From: Spirochaetia bacterium
Lineage (GTDB): Bacteria; Spirochaetota; Spirochaetia; SZUA-6; Bin103
Direction of reading: 5' to 3'
DNA length: 64,000 nt
NCBI GenBank assembly: GCA_965208575.1
Contig: CBDBOV010000002.1
Coordinates: forward strand, 480,001 to 544,000
In this document: piece by piece, positions 27,460 to 38,600 of the stretch
Layout: each line of letters starts with the position of its first letter
Numbering within the stretch: the stretch's first letter is position 1
Made by a program: the position numbers and the translations under genes
Notes under the pieces: generated by a model
Seen by the model: the letters and a program-made list of their open reading frames with translations, nothing else
The model's database searches: none
Told to the model about the DNA's origin: nothing

Positions 27460-28986
27460 ATGGCCCACACCCGGCCCAACGTGGTGTTCATTCTGGCCGA
27501 CGACCTGGGGTGGTGCGACCTCGGCATCGAGGGGAGCCGCTTCTACGAGAGCCCGCACCTCGACCGGCTGGCGCGCGGCGGGATGCGCTTTACCCAGGGC
27601 TACGCCGCCTGCCAGGTGTGCAGCCCGTCGCGCGCCAGCATCCTGACCGGCAAGTACCCGCCGAGCCACGGGATCACCGATTGGATCGGTGCGCCGTCCG
27701 GCGAGGCGTGGCGTGAGCTGGGGCGGCACAGCAGGATGCTGCCCGCCGAGTACGAGCGGGGCCTGCGGGCGGACGAGGCGACCTTTGCCGAGGTGTTCCG
27801 AAGGGCCGGCTACCGTACCTTCTTCGCCGGCAAGTGGCACCTCGGCGATACCGGCGCCGACCCGGAGGACTTCGGCTTCCAGGTCAACAGGGGCGGCTGG
27901 AAGGTGGGCTCGCCGATCGGCGGCTACTTCGCCCCGTGGGACAACCCGAAGCTGGCGCCGGGTCCGGACGGCGAGTCGCTGCCGCTGCGGCTGGGCCGGG
28001 AGACGGCGCGGTTTATCGGCGACCATCGCGACGAGCCGTTTCTCGCCTACCTGTCGTTCTACTCCGTGCACGGGCCGATCCAGACCAGCCGCGACCGCTG
28101 GCAGCGGTTCCGCGCCAAGGCGGCCGCCCAGGGAGCGGCGCAGCGGCGGCAGCGGTTTCGGTTCGACGGCAGCCGGCCGGTGCGGCTGGTGGAGGACTGC
28201 CCGATCTACGCCGGCATGATCGAGGCGATGGACGAGGCGGTCGGCCTGGTGCTCGACGCCCTGGATCGCTTCGGACTGGCCGACAACACGATTGTCTGCT
28301 TCACCTCCGACAACGGCGGCGCCGCGACCGGCGATGCCTTCTCCGCCTCGATGCTGCCGCTGCGCGGCGGCAAGGGGCGGCAGTGGGAGGGCGGCATCCG
28401 CGAGCCGCTGTACGTCCGCTTTCCCGGCGTGGTGGAGCCGGGGACCACGTGCGACGTGCCGGTGTCGGGCATCGACTTCTCCCCCACGCTCCTGGAGCTG
28501 GCCGGTCTGGAGGTGCCGCCCGAGCAGGTGGTCGACGGGCTCAGCCTGGTCCCGCTGCTGCGCGGCATTCCCGACCCGGCGATCGCCGACCGCGACCTGT
28601 TCTGGCACTACCCCCACTACGGCAACCAGGGCGGCTCCCCGTCATCGATGATTCGCCGCGGCCCCTGGAAGCTGATCCATTACCACGAGGACGGCCACCA
28701 CGAGCTGTACCACCTGGAGGCCGATCCGGGCGAGCGCCATGACGTGCGCAACGAGCAGCGAACCACCGCCGCGGACCTGTGGGAGCGGTTGCACCGTTGG
28801 CTCGACGAGACGGGCGCCAGGTTCCCGGCGCACGACCCGCACTACGACGCGGCCGCGGAGCGGGCGTTCCTGCACCACTTCGAGCACCAACGGATGCCCG
28901 AGCTGGAAGCGCAGCACGCCGCCTGCCTCGACCCCGACTGGCAGCCGAACCCCGACTGGTGGGGCAGCCAGGTAGTCGCCGATTAG
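27460..28986 (+). CDS. Sulfatase (S1, Cys-type)
   Basis: PNVVFILADDLG, CSPSRASILTG, GKWHLG, TSDNGG. Confidence 0.96.
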   Translation: MAHTRPNVVFILADDLGWCDLGIEGSRFYESPHLDRLARGGMRFTQGYAACQVCSPSRASILTGKYPPSHGITDWIGAPSGEAWRELGRHSRMLPAEYERGLRADEATFAEVFRRAGYRTFFAGKWHLGDTGADPEDFGFQVNRGGWKVGSPIGGYFAPWDNPKLAPGPDGESLPLRLGRETARFIGDHRDEPFLAYLSFYSVHGPIQTSRDRWQRFRAKAAAQGAAQRRQRFRFDGSRPVRLVEDCPIYAGMIEAMDEAVGLVLDALDRFGLADNTIVCFTSDNGGAATGDAFSASMLPLRGGKGRQWEGGIREPLYVRFPGVVEPGTTCDVPVSGIDFSPTLLELAGLEVPPEQVVDGLSLVPLLRGIPDPAIADRDLFWHYPHYGNQGGSPSSMIRRGPWKLIHYHEDGHHELYHLEADPGERHDVRNEQRTTAADLWERLHRWLDETGARFPAHDPHYDAAAERAFLHHFEHQRMPELEAQHAACLDPDWQPNPDWWGSQVVAD

Positions 28987-29003
28987 CGTACCATGTCGAC
29001 TCC

Positions 29004-29372
29004 ATGGGCACCTTCACCGTCGACTGCGAACTGCAGGAACTGACCGCAAATCATCCGCCGGCGACGATCGCGGGCGTGATGGTCGATACCGGGTCCGAGT
29101 ACACGTGGCTGCCGGAAGACCTGCTCCAGAAAGCCGGCGTCGCGGTTACCAAGAAAGACATCGCGTTCGTGATGGCCAACGGCGCGACCATCACCAGAGA
29201 CATCGGCTACGCGTACCTCCGCAGCGGCGGGTTCGAGACCGTCGATGAGGTCGTATTCGCGCGTCCGGACGACTTGCGCCTGCTCGGTGCCCGAACGCTG
29301 GAAGGGTTTGCCGCGCGCGTAGACTCGCGCGCGAAGAGCTTGGTGGCGGCGGGGCCGCTGCCGGTAGCGTAG
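29004..29372 (+). CDS. Clan AA aspartic protease-like protein
   Basis: MVDTGSEYTW, LLGARTLE. Confidence 0.85.
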   Translation: MGTFTVDCELQELTANHPPATIAGVMVDTGSEYTWLPEDLLQKAGVAVTKKDIAFVMANGATITRDIGYAYLRSGGFETVDEVVFARPDDLRLLGARTLEGFAARVDSRAKSLVAAGPLPVA

Positions 29373-29418
29373 CGACGTCGGGCGGCAGACCGGCGGTACC
29401 GCGGGAAGTTGGGTGCGG

Positions 29419-29607
29419 TCAGGCGCGGTCAGCGCCTTTGCCCGCGTTGGGCGGCGTGCTCCGAGCCGGCTGGCGGCGAGCCGAAGCGAGTGCGCGCGCT
29501 ATCCGGTCGAGTTCAACCAGTATGTCGAACCGTCGGGAGATGGCCTCCGGCGACATGTCCCGGGACTCACCGCGGCTCTCGGCCTTGACGTCGTCGACCG
29601 TTCTCAT
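29419..29607 (-). CDS. Small hypothetical protein, preceded by a possible nucleotidyltransferase C-terminal remnant
   Basis: DMSPEAISRR small-protein pattern; upstream RDQDLSDVEHL ends with an ATGA overlap. Confidence 0.5.
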   Translation of the reverse strand: MRTVDDVKAESRGESRDMSPEAISRRFDILVELDRIARALASARRQPARSTPPNAGKGADRA

Positions 29608-29742
29608 GGCCCCCTCTCGAGGTGCTCCACGTCGCTCAGGTCCTGGTCACGCTGGTCACTACCGGCGCGTCCCGGCGATGATCTTGGGCCGGTGGCGTAG
29701 CCCCATGCCGCGAGTGCGGTACGATGGGAACAGGAGGCGGAA

Positions 29743-31125
29743 GTGGCACACTTGTACGACGCGATCGTTATCGGTACCGGGCAGGCGGGGCCGGGTCTGG
29801 CGGCGGACCTGTCGGCGGCCGGCATGCGCACGGCGGTGATCGAGCGCCACCTGTTCGGGGGGACGTGCGTCAACGTCGGCTGCATTCCGACCAAGGCGCT
29901 GGTGGCGAGCGCCCGCGCGGCCCACGTTGCTCGCCGCGCTGCGGAGTTCGGAGTGGTGATCGGGGGAGAGGTCGGGGTGGACATGGCGCGGGTGAAGGCG
30001 CGCAAGGATGCCATTGTGCGGCGCTCGGCCACCGGCGTGGAACGCTGGATGGGGTCGCTGGCCAACTGCACCGTGTACCGGGGCCACGGGCGGTTCGAGG
30101 GCGACCACCGGGTGCGGGTGGGCGGCGACGTGTTGGAGGCGGAGCGGATCTTCATCAACGTGGGTGCGCGCGCGTTCGTGCCGCCGCTTGCGGGCGTGGC
30201 GGAGGTGGACTACCTGACCAACTCCACGATCATGGAGCTGGACACGCTGCCGGAGCACCTGGTGATCGTGGGTGGCGGCTACATCGGGCTGGAGTTCGCG
30301 CAGATGTTCCGCCGCTTCGGCAGCGAGGTGACGCTGATCGACCGCGGCGACCGGCTGATCGGGCGCGAGTCGGAGGACGTGTCGGCGGCGGTGGCGGCGA
30401 TCCTGGAGGGCGAGGGGGTGCGGCTGCGGCTGGGCGCCGAGTGCATGGCGTTCGAGCGGCGTGGGGCGGCGGTGGCGGCCACCCTGGAGTGCCGCGGCGA
30501 CGAGCCGGAGGTGGCCGGCTCGCACCTGCTGCTGGCGGTGGGCCGGCGCCCCAACACCGACGACCTGGGGCTGGAGACCACCGGCATCGAGGTGAACGCG
30601 CGCGGCCACATTCAGGTGGACGATGCCCTGCAGACCGGCGTGCCGGGGGTGTGGGCGCTCGGCGAGTGCAACGGGCGCGGCGCCTTTACCCACACCGCCT
30701 ACCACGACTACGAGATCGTCGCCGGCAACCTGCTGCACGGCGATCCGCGCCGGGTCACCGACCGCATCGACTGCTACGCGCTGTACATCGACCCGCCGCT
30801 CGGCCGCGTCGGCATGACCGAGGCGCAGGTGCGCGCCTCCGGCCGCCCCGCCCTGGTCGCCACCCGCGCCATGACGCGCGTCGGGCGCGCCGTCGAGAAG
30901 AGCGAGACGCAGGGCTTCATGAAGGTGCTGGTGGACGCGGAAACCGAGCGCATCCTGGGCGCCGCCATCCTCGGCGTCGGCGGCGACGAGGTGATCCACT
31001 CGATCCTGGACGTGATGTACGCCGACGCCCCCTGCACCGTGATCCGCCGCGCGGTGCACATCCACCCCACCGTCGCCGAGCTGATCCCCACCATGCTCGC
31101 CGATCTCAGGCCGCTTGCATATTAG
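29743..31125 (+). CDS. FAD-dependent pyridine nucleotide-disulfide oxidoreductase (Lpd/MerA/RclA-like)
   Basis: IGTGQAG, GGTCVNVGCIPTK, GGGYIGLE, HPTVAE. Confidence 0.94.
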   Translation: MAHLYDAIVIGTGQAGPGLAADLSAAGMRTAVIERHLFGGTCVNVGCIPTKALVASARAAHVARRAAEFGVVIGGEVGVDMARVKARKDAIVRRSATGVERWMGSLANCTVYRGHGRFEGDHRVRVGGDVLEAERIFINVGARAFVPPLAGVAEVDYLTNSTIMELDTLPEHLVIVGGGYIGLEFAQMFRRFGSEVTLIDRGDRLIGRESEDVSAAVAAILEGEGVRLRLGAECMAFERRGAAVAATLECRGDEPEVAGSHLLLAVGRRPNTDDLGLETTGIEVNARGHIQVDDALQTGVPGVWALGECNGRGAFTHTAYHDYEIVAGNLLHGDPRRVTDRIDCYALYIDPPLGRVGMTEAQVRASGRPALVATRAMTRVGRAVEKSETQGFMKVLVDAETERILGAAILGVGGDEVIHSILDVMYADAPCTVIRRAVHIHPTVAELIPTMLADLRPLAY

Positions 31126-31195
31126 GACACCACTGGATGGGCCGCGCCCGGCGCCTTCCCGCCTCCCGCACCGGCGCGGTCAGTGGTGAACGACT

Positions 31196-32176
31196 CTACT
31201 GGCGGGTTGCGCTGAATGCACCCACCACGGAGAAGGGGAAGGGATTGTCGGTGGTCACCCCCCACGTGCCGGCTGCCACGCCGTCCTCGAAGAACGCCGC
31301 ACCCCACTTGCCGCTCGCGCCCTGCTGCCGGGCGCCACCGATCAGGAATGCGGTGTCCCCCTTCCGCAGGCCGTCCACCGGCGCCGCGCCCGCGATCTCG
31401 AGCGCAATGGTGGGAAGCGCATCGCCGATTTGCACCGGCCCGCCGTCGACGGACCGGACCTGATCGATGGTACCGGTAAGGGATTCGTCCTCAGCCAGTT
31501 CGAGCTCGACCCGGGCGGTGAAGAAATCCACAATGCCGGCGGCATCCGTGTACACGCCGATGGTGGTGCCGCGATAGGTGCCGGGGACGGGGGTGGCGTC
31601 TGCCTCATTGGCCAGACCGTCGGCGAACATTCCCCAGACGAACTGGTCGCTTGGCGTGCGGTACATCCAGGGGCCGAACACCACCGCATCGCTCGTATCG
31701 AAGTGTGGCCTCGGCTGCCCGTCGGACCCGCTCGACACGCTGGAGACAACGGCCGCCACCGCGTTTCGGGAGCGGTCCGTGAAGTATCTCAAGCCGCTGA
31801 CGGGATCGAGATCGCCGGTAACATCCTGAGTCAGAAGGCGGTTCTCGATCCGGACGCCGGAGCCGGTCCACCGCACACGGTCCGCGGTGGTTCCCGCCTC
31901 GCCTCGGCTGCCCTGGGTCACGCTGCCGGCGCGCGGCGCGTTGCGGGCGGCAGCGGACATCAGGTCGGTGGATGGGTTGCCCACCTCCGGCGGTGTCCCC
32001 GCTTCCGGCGGCTGCGTGTTCCCGTTCGGCGGCTTGGTGTCGGATGGTGGGGATGCGGGTGGTGAGCAGGCGGACAGAACAAGCAGCACGAACGCCGCCG
32101 TCGCCACGAGGCTCAGCGGTCGTGCTCCGGTCCGAAACAGCGGGCGGGCGGGCGATGCCTGGGCATCGGGTTTCAT
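31196..32176 (-). CDS. Lipoprotein with a TbpB/fHbp-like C-terminal beta-barrel
   Basis: Lipobox LSAC, Pro-rich tether, TYRG...GKWGAAFF...AAGTWGV...VVGAFSATRQ. Confidence 0.68.
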   Translation of the reverse strand: MKPDAQASPARPLFRTGARPLSLVATAAFVLLVLSACSPPASPPSDTKPPNGNTQPPEAGTPPEVGNPSTDLMSAAARNAPRAGSVTQGSRGEAGTTADRVRWTGSGVRIENRLLTQDVTGDLDPVSGLRYFTDRSRNAVAAVVSSVSSGSDGQPRPHFDTSDAVVFGPWMYRTPSDQFVWGMFADGLANEADATPVPGTYRGTTIGVYTDAAGIVDFFTARVELELAEDESLTGTIDQVRSVDGGPVQIGDALPTIALEIAGAAPVDGLRKGDTAFLIGGARQQGASGKWGAAFFEDGVAAGTWGVTTDNPFPFSVVGAFSATRQ

Positions 32177-32618
32177 CGTCTTCCCTGTCACGGAGTGACC
32201 GTACCGTCTCATGGAGAAACCTCCTCGGAGGCCGGCTCGCCGGAGGACACACCGGCGGCGTCCGGCACCTCTTTCATCTGGTACCGCGCTCATCCACAAG
32301 AGTCAAGGAAGTATCAATATGCTTTGGACAAACGTATTTGTAGCGGGTAACAAAGGAGCCGTGCATCGCCTCCGCCACGTGACTCCGCAGGTTCTCTCGC
32401 CTCCTCCCTCGAGTCGTGCAGGTAAAACAGGTGGTAGCGCCGCCGCGGCGCGCCGGCGTCCTCCGCGGAACATCCGGGCGCCCGCCCATCCCTCAGAACC
32501 CCGGATCACCTCGCCGTCGATGCTCAAGGGGCCGTCGCGCCCACCGAACGAGGACGACGCGCCCCAGCCCCAGATAGGATGCGGGGGGCAGGTTCCGGGC
32601 GCGGCGCTCGCCGCCCCG

Positions 32619-35600
32619 TCACCAGCGGATCGCGCCGCGCAGCGTCACCGCGTGCTCGGCCTCCGGGCCTGCCCCGGGTCCGGCGCGCTCGCGGCGCGTG
32701 GCGTCGAGACTGACCTCGAACCCCGAGTGGCCCTGCGCCGCCGAGGTCAGCCGCCAGCCGATGCGGTACTCGCGCGCTCTGTCCGAGTGCTCGAAGCCGA
32801 CGTTCGGCGTGCCCGTGAACCGGTCGCCGAACAGCGCAAACCCGTAGCCGAGCTCGCCCTGCAAGCGCCGCTCCGGCTCGAACCCGGCCCCCGGCGCCAG
32901 CCCGCGCGCGTCGCGTGCCGACCACAGCCGGTCCATGCCGCTCGACGCCGCGCCCCAGGTGGGGGCGAGGCTGAACGAGAGGCCGCGGCCACGAGCGCCG
33001 GGGGCGAGCCGGATCGAACCGCTCGCGCCCCACTCGCCGTAGTTCGCGTCCTCGTGCGCAACGAGCGCGCGCACCCGCGTCTCCACGCCGAGGCCCATGC
33101 CCGGGTCGCTCCACGCGAGGCGCCCGCCCAGTTCCGCTCCCGATCCGGTCTCCGCGTCCCCGCCGTCATGGCGAAGCCCCAGCTCCACACCCGGCGTCAG
33201 CAAGGCGCCGCCGCCCATGGCGAGTGCGCGGCTGCCCTCCAGGATGAGCCGCACCCGGCTCGCTTCCGCCGTGGTGGCGCCCTCGTTCGAGACCGCCTCC
33301 GACTCCGTCTCCACCCAGAACGCATCCGCCCTCAGCCCGAGGTCGATGCCGCCGGTCTCGCCGGCCTTGAGCAACGCGCCCCTTCCGCCCCCCGCGGCAA
33401 GGCGCATCCCGAGGCCGGTGCGGGTCACCCGCTCGGGCTGGCCGCGGTCGGTCGCCGCCTGCACGATGGTCATGTCGCCGGCGCCGTAGCCGAGCAGACC
33501 CCAGGCCGAGACCCGGTCGTTCAGCATCACCCGCGCATAGGGGCTCACCGCGGTCATCGTGCTCTCGATGGTGCCCGAGTCCACCCCTGGCTGGTCGAAC
33601 GTGCCCTCGCCCTCGCTCACCGACACCGCCACGCCGGCCAGCAGCCGGTTCCATTCCACGTCCGCGCCGAGAATGGCCGTGGTCACCAGGCCGTCGAGGC
33701 GCACGTCGCCCCCGTCCGCCGGCGCCTCCCCGTCGAAGCCGCCCACCGTCGCCCGGCCCCAGGCCGCGAGGCCCGGACCGTCCCCCTCGCCCGCAGCCGC
33801 AGCCGCGAGATGGAACCCGCTCCCGAGCAGCAGTTCACGGCCCGATACACCGCGCGCCGCCGCGCTGCTGTGGATGGCAGACTCGCGCACGCCGAGGCCC
33901 GGCCCCGGACCCGATCCGGGGCCGTCCTCGGACGCGAACTCCTCCCGGGCGCCCAGCGCGCGGGCGACCGCGGCCAGCACCTCACCGAGCCACCCCTCGT
34001 CGCCGGTCCGCGCGAGGTCCACGCGCTGGCCGCCCACCGTCACCTGCGCGCCCGTGAGCGGGTTCGCGAGGCGGTCGGAGACCGCATCCGTGACGTGGCC
34101 CGCCACCGTGCGTCCGAAGCGCGACAGCCACATCTTCTGGAGCGGGTCCGCGTTCGCGATCGTCCCGGTCGCCTCGCCGTCGGTAATCCGCGCGCCCTGC
34201 GCGTTCGAGAGCGTCAAGCTGAAGGTCTCCTCGCCCTCGTCCAAGGCGTCGTCGAGCAGCGCCACGCTCACCGTCTTCATGGTCTCGCCCGCCGCGAAGG
34301 TCAGCGTCCCCGACGCCGCCGTGTAGTCCGCGCCCGCCTCCGCCGTGCCGTCGGCGGTCGCGTAGTCCACCGTCACCGCCCCCGCCGCCGCGCGGCTCAA
34401 GGAGACCTCGAACGCGACCGCGGCGCCCGCGCCCTCGTTCGCGCGCGCGTCCGCTACCGACAGCGTCGGGCGCCAGTCCACCTTGTGCGCCGTGTCGTAC
34501 CCCAGCCCCTCATGGGCGAGCGCCGCGTTCTCCCCGGCGGTCGATGCGGACTCGATCGTGCCGCCGTTCAACGCCAGCGTGTTCGCGAGCACCGCGACGC
34601 CTTGCGTCGAGACGTTCGGCTCCGCCACCGTCCAGGCGAACTCCAGCATCCTCGTGCCGCTGCCGTCCGCGTACGCCGCCCACTGCTCGTCTCCGGTCGC
34701 GGAGCTGAAGTCGACCTGCAGCCGCGGCACGCCGGTCACCGTCACCGCCTTGCTGAAGGTCAGCGTCACCCGGATGGTCTCGCCGAGGCCGTAGGTGGCG
34801 TCCGCGCCCGCGTCCGAGGAGATCGCCACGCCGGTCACCGACGGCGGCCCAGTGAGGTTGTCCAAGATGATGTGGGTGGTGTTCTCCACCGCGTTGCCGG
34901 CAAGGTCCCGGAGCCCCTTGGCTCTGTCTGTGGGCCTGATGTACCGAAAGATGTTAGTACCGCCCTCTCTCGCCCGAGGCTTGCCTTCACCCAGTCCGAC
35001 CGTCACCTTGCGCCCGCTGATCTCCACATCACCCGTGGCAGAAAACCCCCACGCGCTCTTGCCCAAGAGCTGCACCTGCACCCTGAAGTGGCCCCCCACC
35101 GAGTCCTCGTCCAGCGCCTCGCTGAAGTAGAGGATCACCGTCCCACCGTCGATCTCGCCCCGATCCAGCGTCGGCGCGGTTTCGTCGGGGCCGACTGCCT
35201 GGCCGCGGAAGCTCGCCACCTCGTTGCCGGCTTCGTCCCGCAGCCGATTGCCGGTCCCCGAGTCAGGCCTGGTATAGCTCACCTTCACGCCCGTGTCAGT
35301 CTCCAGCACCGCGTTCGCCAACGTCAGGGTCACCGTGGCGCCCTCGATGGCGGGCGACCCGCTCAGGCTCACCATCTCCTCGACACCCCCCTGCGGCGTC
35401 TTCTTCACCGTGAAGGCGTCGTTCGCGAGCGACGCGGCCGCTCCGAGGGTCTCGTCGAAGGTGAGCGTCAGCGCGGTTCCCCTCACCTCCGCACGCTCCA
35501 CGCGAGGCGGCCTGCTCCCATTGGTCACGTCCTCGACGGAGAAGCTCGCCACCTCGTTGCCGGCTTCGTCCCTCAACCGGTTGTCGGCACCCGTGGTGAG

Positions 35601-38600
35601 CCTGCTGTAGCTCACCTTCACGCCCGTGTCGGTCTCCAGCGCCGCGTTCGCCAACGTGAGGGTCACCGTGGCGCCCTCGATGGCGGGCGACCTCAGCCTC
35701 ACGTTCTGCTCGCTGCTCCCTTGTGGCGTCTTCTTCACCGCGAAGGCACTGTTCACCAGCGGCGCGGCCGCGACGAGGGGCTCGTTGAACGTGACCTTCA
35801 GAGTCACCCCGTTCACGCGCGCCGCGGACACTATCGGTGGCGTATCCACCCGGTGGTTCGGGTCGTGATCCAGCCCCGCATGCGCGAGTGCAGCGTTTTC
35901 CCCGGCAGTCGACACGGACCGGATAGAGCCGCCGCCGAGTTCCAGCGTGTTCGCGAGCACCGCCACACCTGCGCTCGAGGTGTCGCCCTCAGCCACCGTA
36001 TAGGCGAACTCCAGCGTCTTCTTACCGCTGCCGTCCGCGTAGTCCGCCCACTTCTCGTCTCCGGCCGCGGAGCTGAGGTCGATCCGCACCCGCGGCGTCC
36101 CGGTAACGTTCACCGCCTTGCTGAAGGTCAACCGGACTCGGATCGTGTCGCCCAGGCTGTAGGTGGCGCCCGCACCCGCCTCCGACGACACCGCCACCCC
36201 CGTCACCGTCAGCGCCACCCCGGTGACGTTGTCCAGATCGATCGATCGTGTCTTCTTCCACTCGCCGTCAAACAGCCGTTGCAATGCCTGCACAGGGTTG
36301 CCGGCAAGGTCCCGGAGCTGCTTTGCGTCAGGATCGGAGCGCCGAAGGTAATAGGCGCTGTTTCTCTGTTCGCCCGCTTTCGCGCGCAGTTGCCACTTGC
36401 TCGATGAGTGCCCCAAACCGACCGACACCACGTTGCCGCTGACCGTCATATTGCGTGTGGCGCCGGCGATATACCATTGTCCATTGATGTGCCGCATATT
36501 CACTCTGAAGCCTCCCCCCGTCGAGTCCGGGTCCAGCGGCTCGCTGAAGAAGAGCGTCATCATCGCGTCGTCGATCTCGCCGCGCACCAGCCGCGGCGGC
36601 GTGATGTCCGGGGCCCCCTTCCTCACCGGCTGGTCGATGAAGCCCGCCGCCTCGTTGCCGGCTGCGTCCCTCAGCCGGTTGCCGGTGCCCATGGTGGGCC
36701 GGGTGTAGCTCACCTTCACGTCCGTGTCGGTGCCCAGCACCGCGTTCGCCAGCGTCAGGGTCACCCGTGCGCCGCTGATGGCGGGCGACCCGGTCAGGCT
36801 CACCTCCTGCTCGCTGTCCCCCCGCGGCGTCTTGTTCACCGTGAACGCGCCGCTCGCCAGCGACTCGGCCGCGCCGAGGGCCTCATCGAAGACGAGCGTC
36901 AGCGTCACGCCCTCCACGGCCGCCTGGAGCAGTGTCGGCGTGATGCCGTCCACCGTGTGGGTCGAGTCGTGATCCACCCCCGCATGCACCCTGTCCGCGT
37001 CGGTCTGCGTTGTCGTGGAGCGGATGGCGCCTCCGTTGAGCGCCAGCGTGTTCGCCAGCACCGCCACACCCGTGCCGGCCGTGTCGCCCCTTGCCACCGT
37101 GTAGGCGAACTCCAGCATCGTCGTGCCGTCGCCATCCGCGTAGTCCGCCCACTTCCCGCCTTCGGTCTCGTAGCCGAAGTCGAGCTTCACCCGCGGCGTG
37201 CCGGTCACCGCTACCGCTTCACTGAACGTCAGCCGAACCTTGATGGTCTCGCCCCGCGCGTAGGCATGGTCCGTCCCCGCCTCCGACGAAATCGCCACGC
37301 CGGTCACCGTCGGCGCCGGCGACCGCTGCCAGTCCACCTTGTGCGCCGGGTCGTGCCCCAGACCCGCATGCGAAAGTGCTGCATCCGCGCCCGCCGTGGA
37401 GCGGATGGTGCCTCCGTTGAGCGCCAGCGTGTTCGCCAGCACCGCCACACCCGCGCTCGAGGCGTCGCGCTCAGCCACCGTGTAGGTGAACTCCAGCGTC
37501 CTCATGCCGACGCTGCGCGCGTAGTCCGCCCACTTCTCGTCTCCGGCGCCGGAGCTGAAGTCGATCTTTACCCGCGGCGCGCCGGTCACCGCCACCGCCT
37601 TGCTGAAGGTCAGCCGGACCCGGATCGTGTCGTCCAGTCCGTAGGTGGCGTCGCCGCCCGCGTCCGACGACACCACCACCCCCGTCACCGTCAGCGCCAC
37701 TCCGGTGACGTTGTCCAATCCAACCCATCGTGTGGTCGAGTAGCACGAGCCCCAACAGGTGACAACCGGAGCCCTCAGCGGGTTGCCGGCTAGGTCCCGG
37801 AGCCCCTTGGTGGGGTCGGCGGGCGGTCTGTACATAAGGGTGTTACCCGACAGGCCCCCCGTTAAGCGCCAAGGCAATCCGACCTTCACCACGTTGCCGC
37901 TGATCTGCACATCGCGCGCGTCGGAATAGTGTGACCAACCATAAGTCGGGGCCTGCAAGCTCATCCAGAACCGTCCCCCCTTCGAGCCCGGCTCCAGCGG
38001 CTCGCTGAAATAGAGGGTCACCGTCGCGCCGTCGATCTCGCCCCGCTCCAGCCGCGGCGGCGTGGTGTCCGGGGTATTGTTCGTGACGGGCTCGTTGGAG
38101 AAGCCCGCGACCTCGTTGCCGGCCGCGTCGCGCAGCCGGTTGCCGGCGTCCGAGCGCGACTTGCGGTAGCTCACCCTCACGTTCGTGTCGGTGTCGCGCA
38201 CCGCCTCCGCCAGCGTCAGGGTCACCGCCGCGCCCGCGATGGCGGGCGCCCCGCTCAGCCCCACCGTCTCCCCGGCGCCCCCCGCCGGCGTCCGCTTCAC
38301 CGTGAACGCGCCGCTCGCCGGCGACGCCGCGCCGTCGATGGCCTCGTCGAAGGCGAGCGTCAGCGTCGCACCGTTCACCTCCGACCGCGACAGCCGCGGC
38401 GGCGTCGTGTCCGGCGTGCCGTCCACCTTGTGCGCCGCATCGTGGGCGAGGCCTCCGTGCGCCCGGGCCGCGTCCACCTGCGACGACGCCGACTGGATCG
38501 TGCCGCCGTTCAGCGCCAGCGTGTTCGCCAGCACGGCGACACCCGCGCCGGAGGCGTCGTCCCGCGCCACCGTCCAGGCGAACGTCAGCGCCGCCGTGCC

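Noticed and set aside
29743-31125. Mercuric reductase merA
   Set aside because: No N-terminal metal-binding domain, no C-terminal Cys pair, no mer operon.
32211-36407. 1398-aa plus-strand ORF and other long antisense ORFs
   Set aside because: Shadow frames of high-GC genes: Arg/Ala/Pro-rich, with no family motifs.
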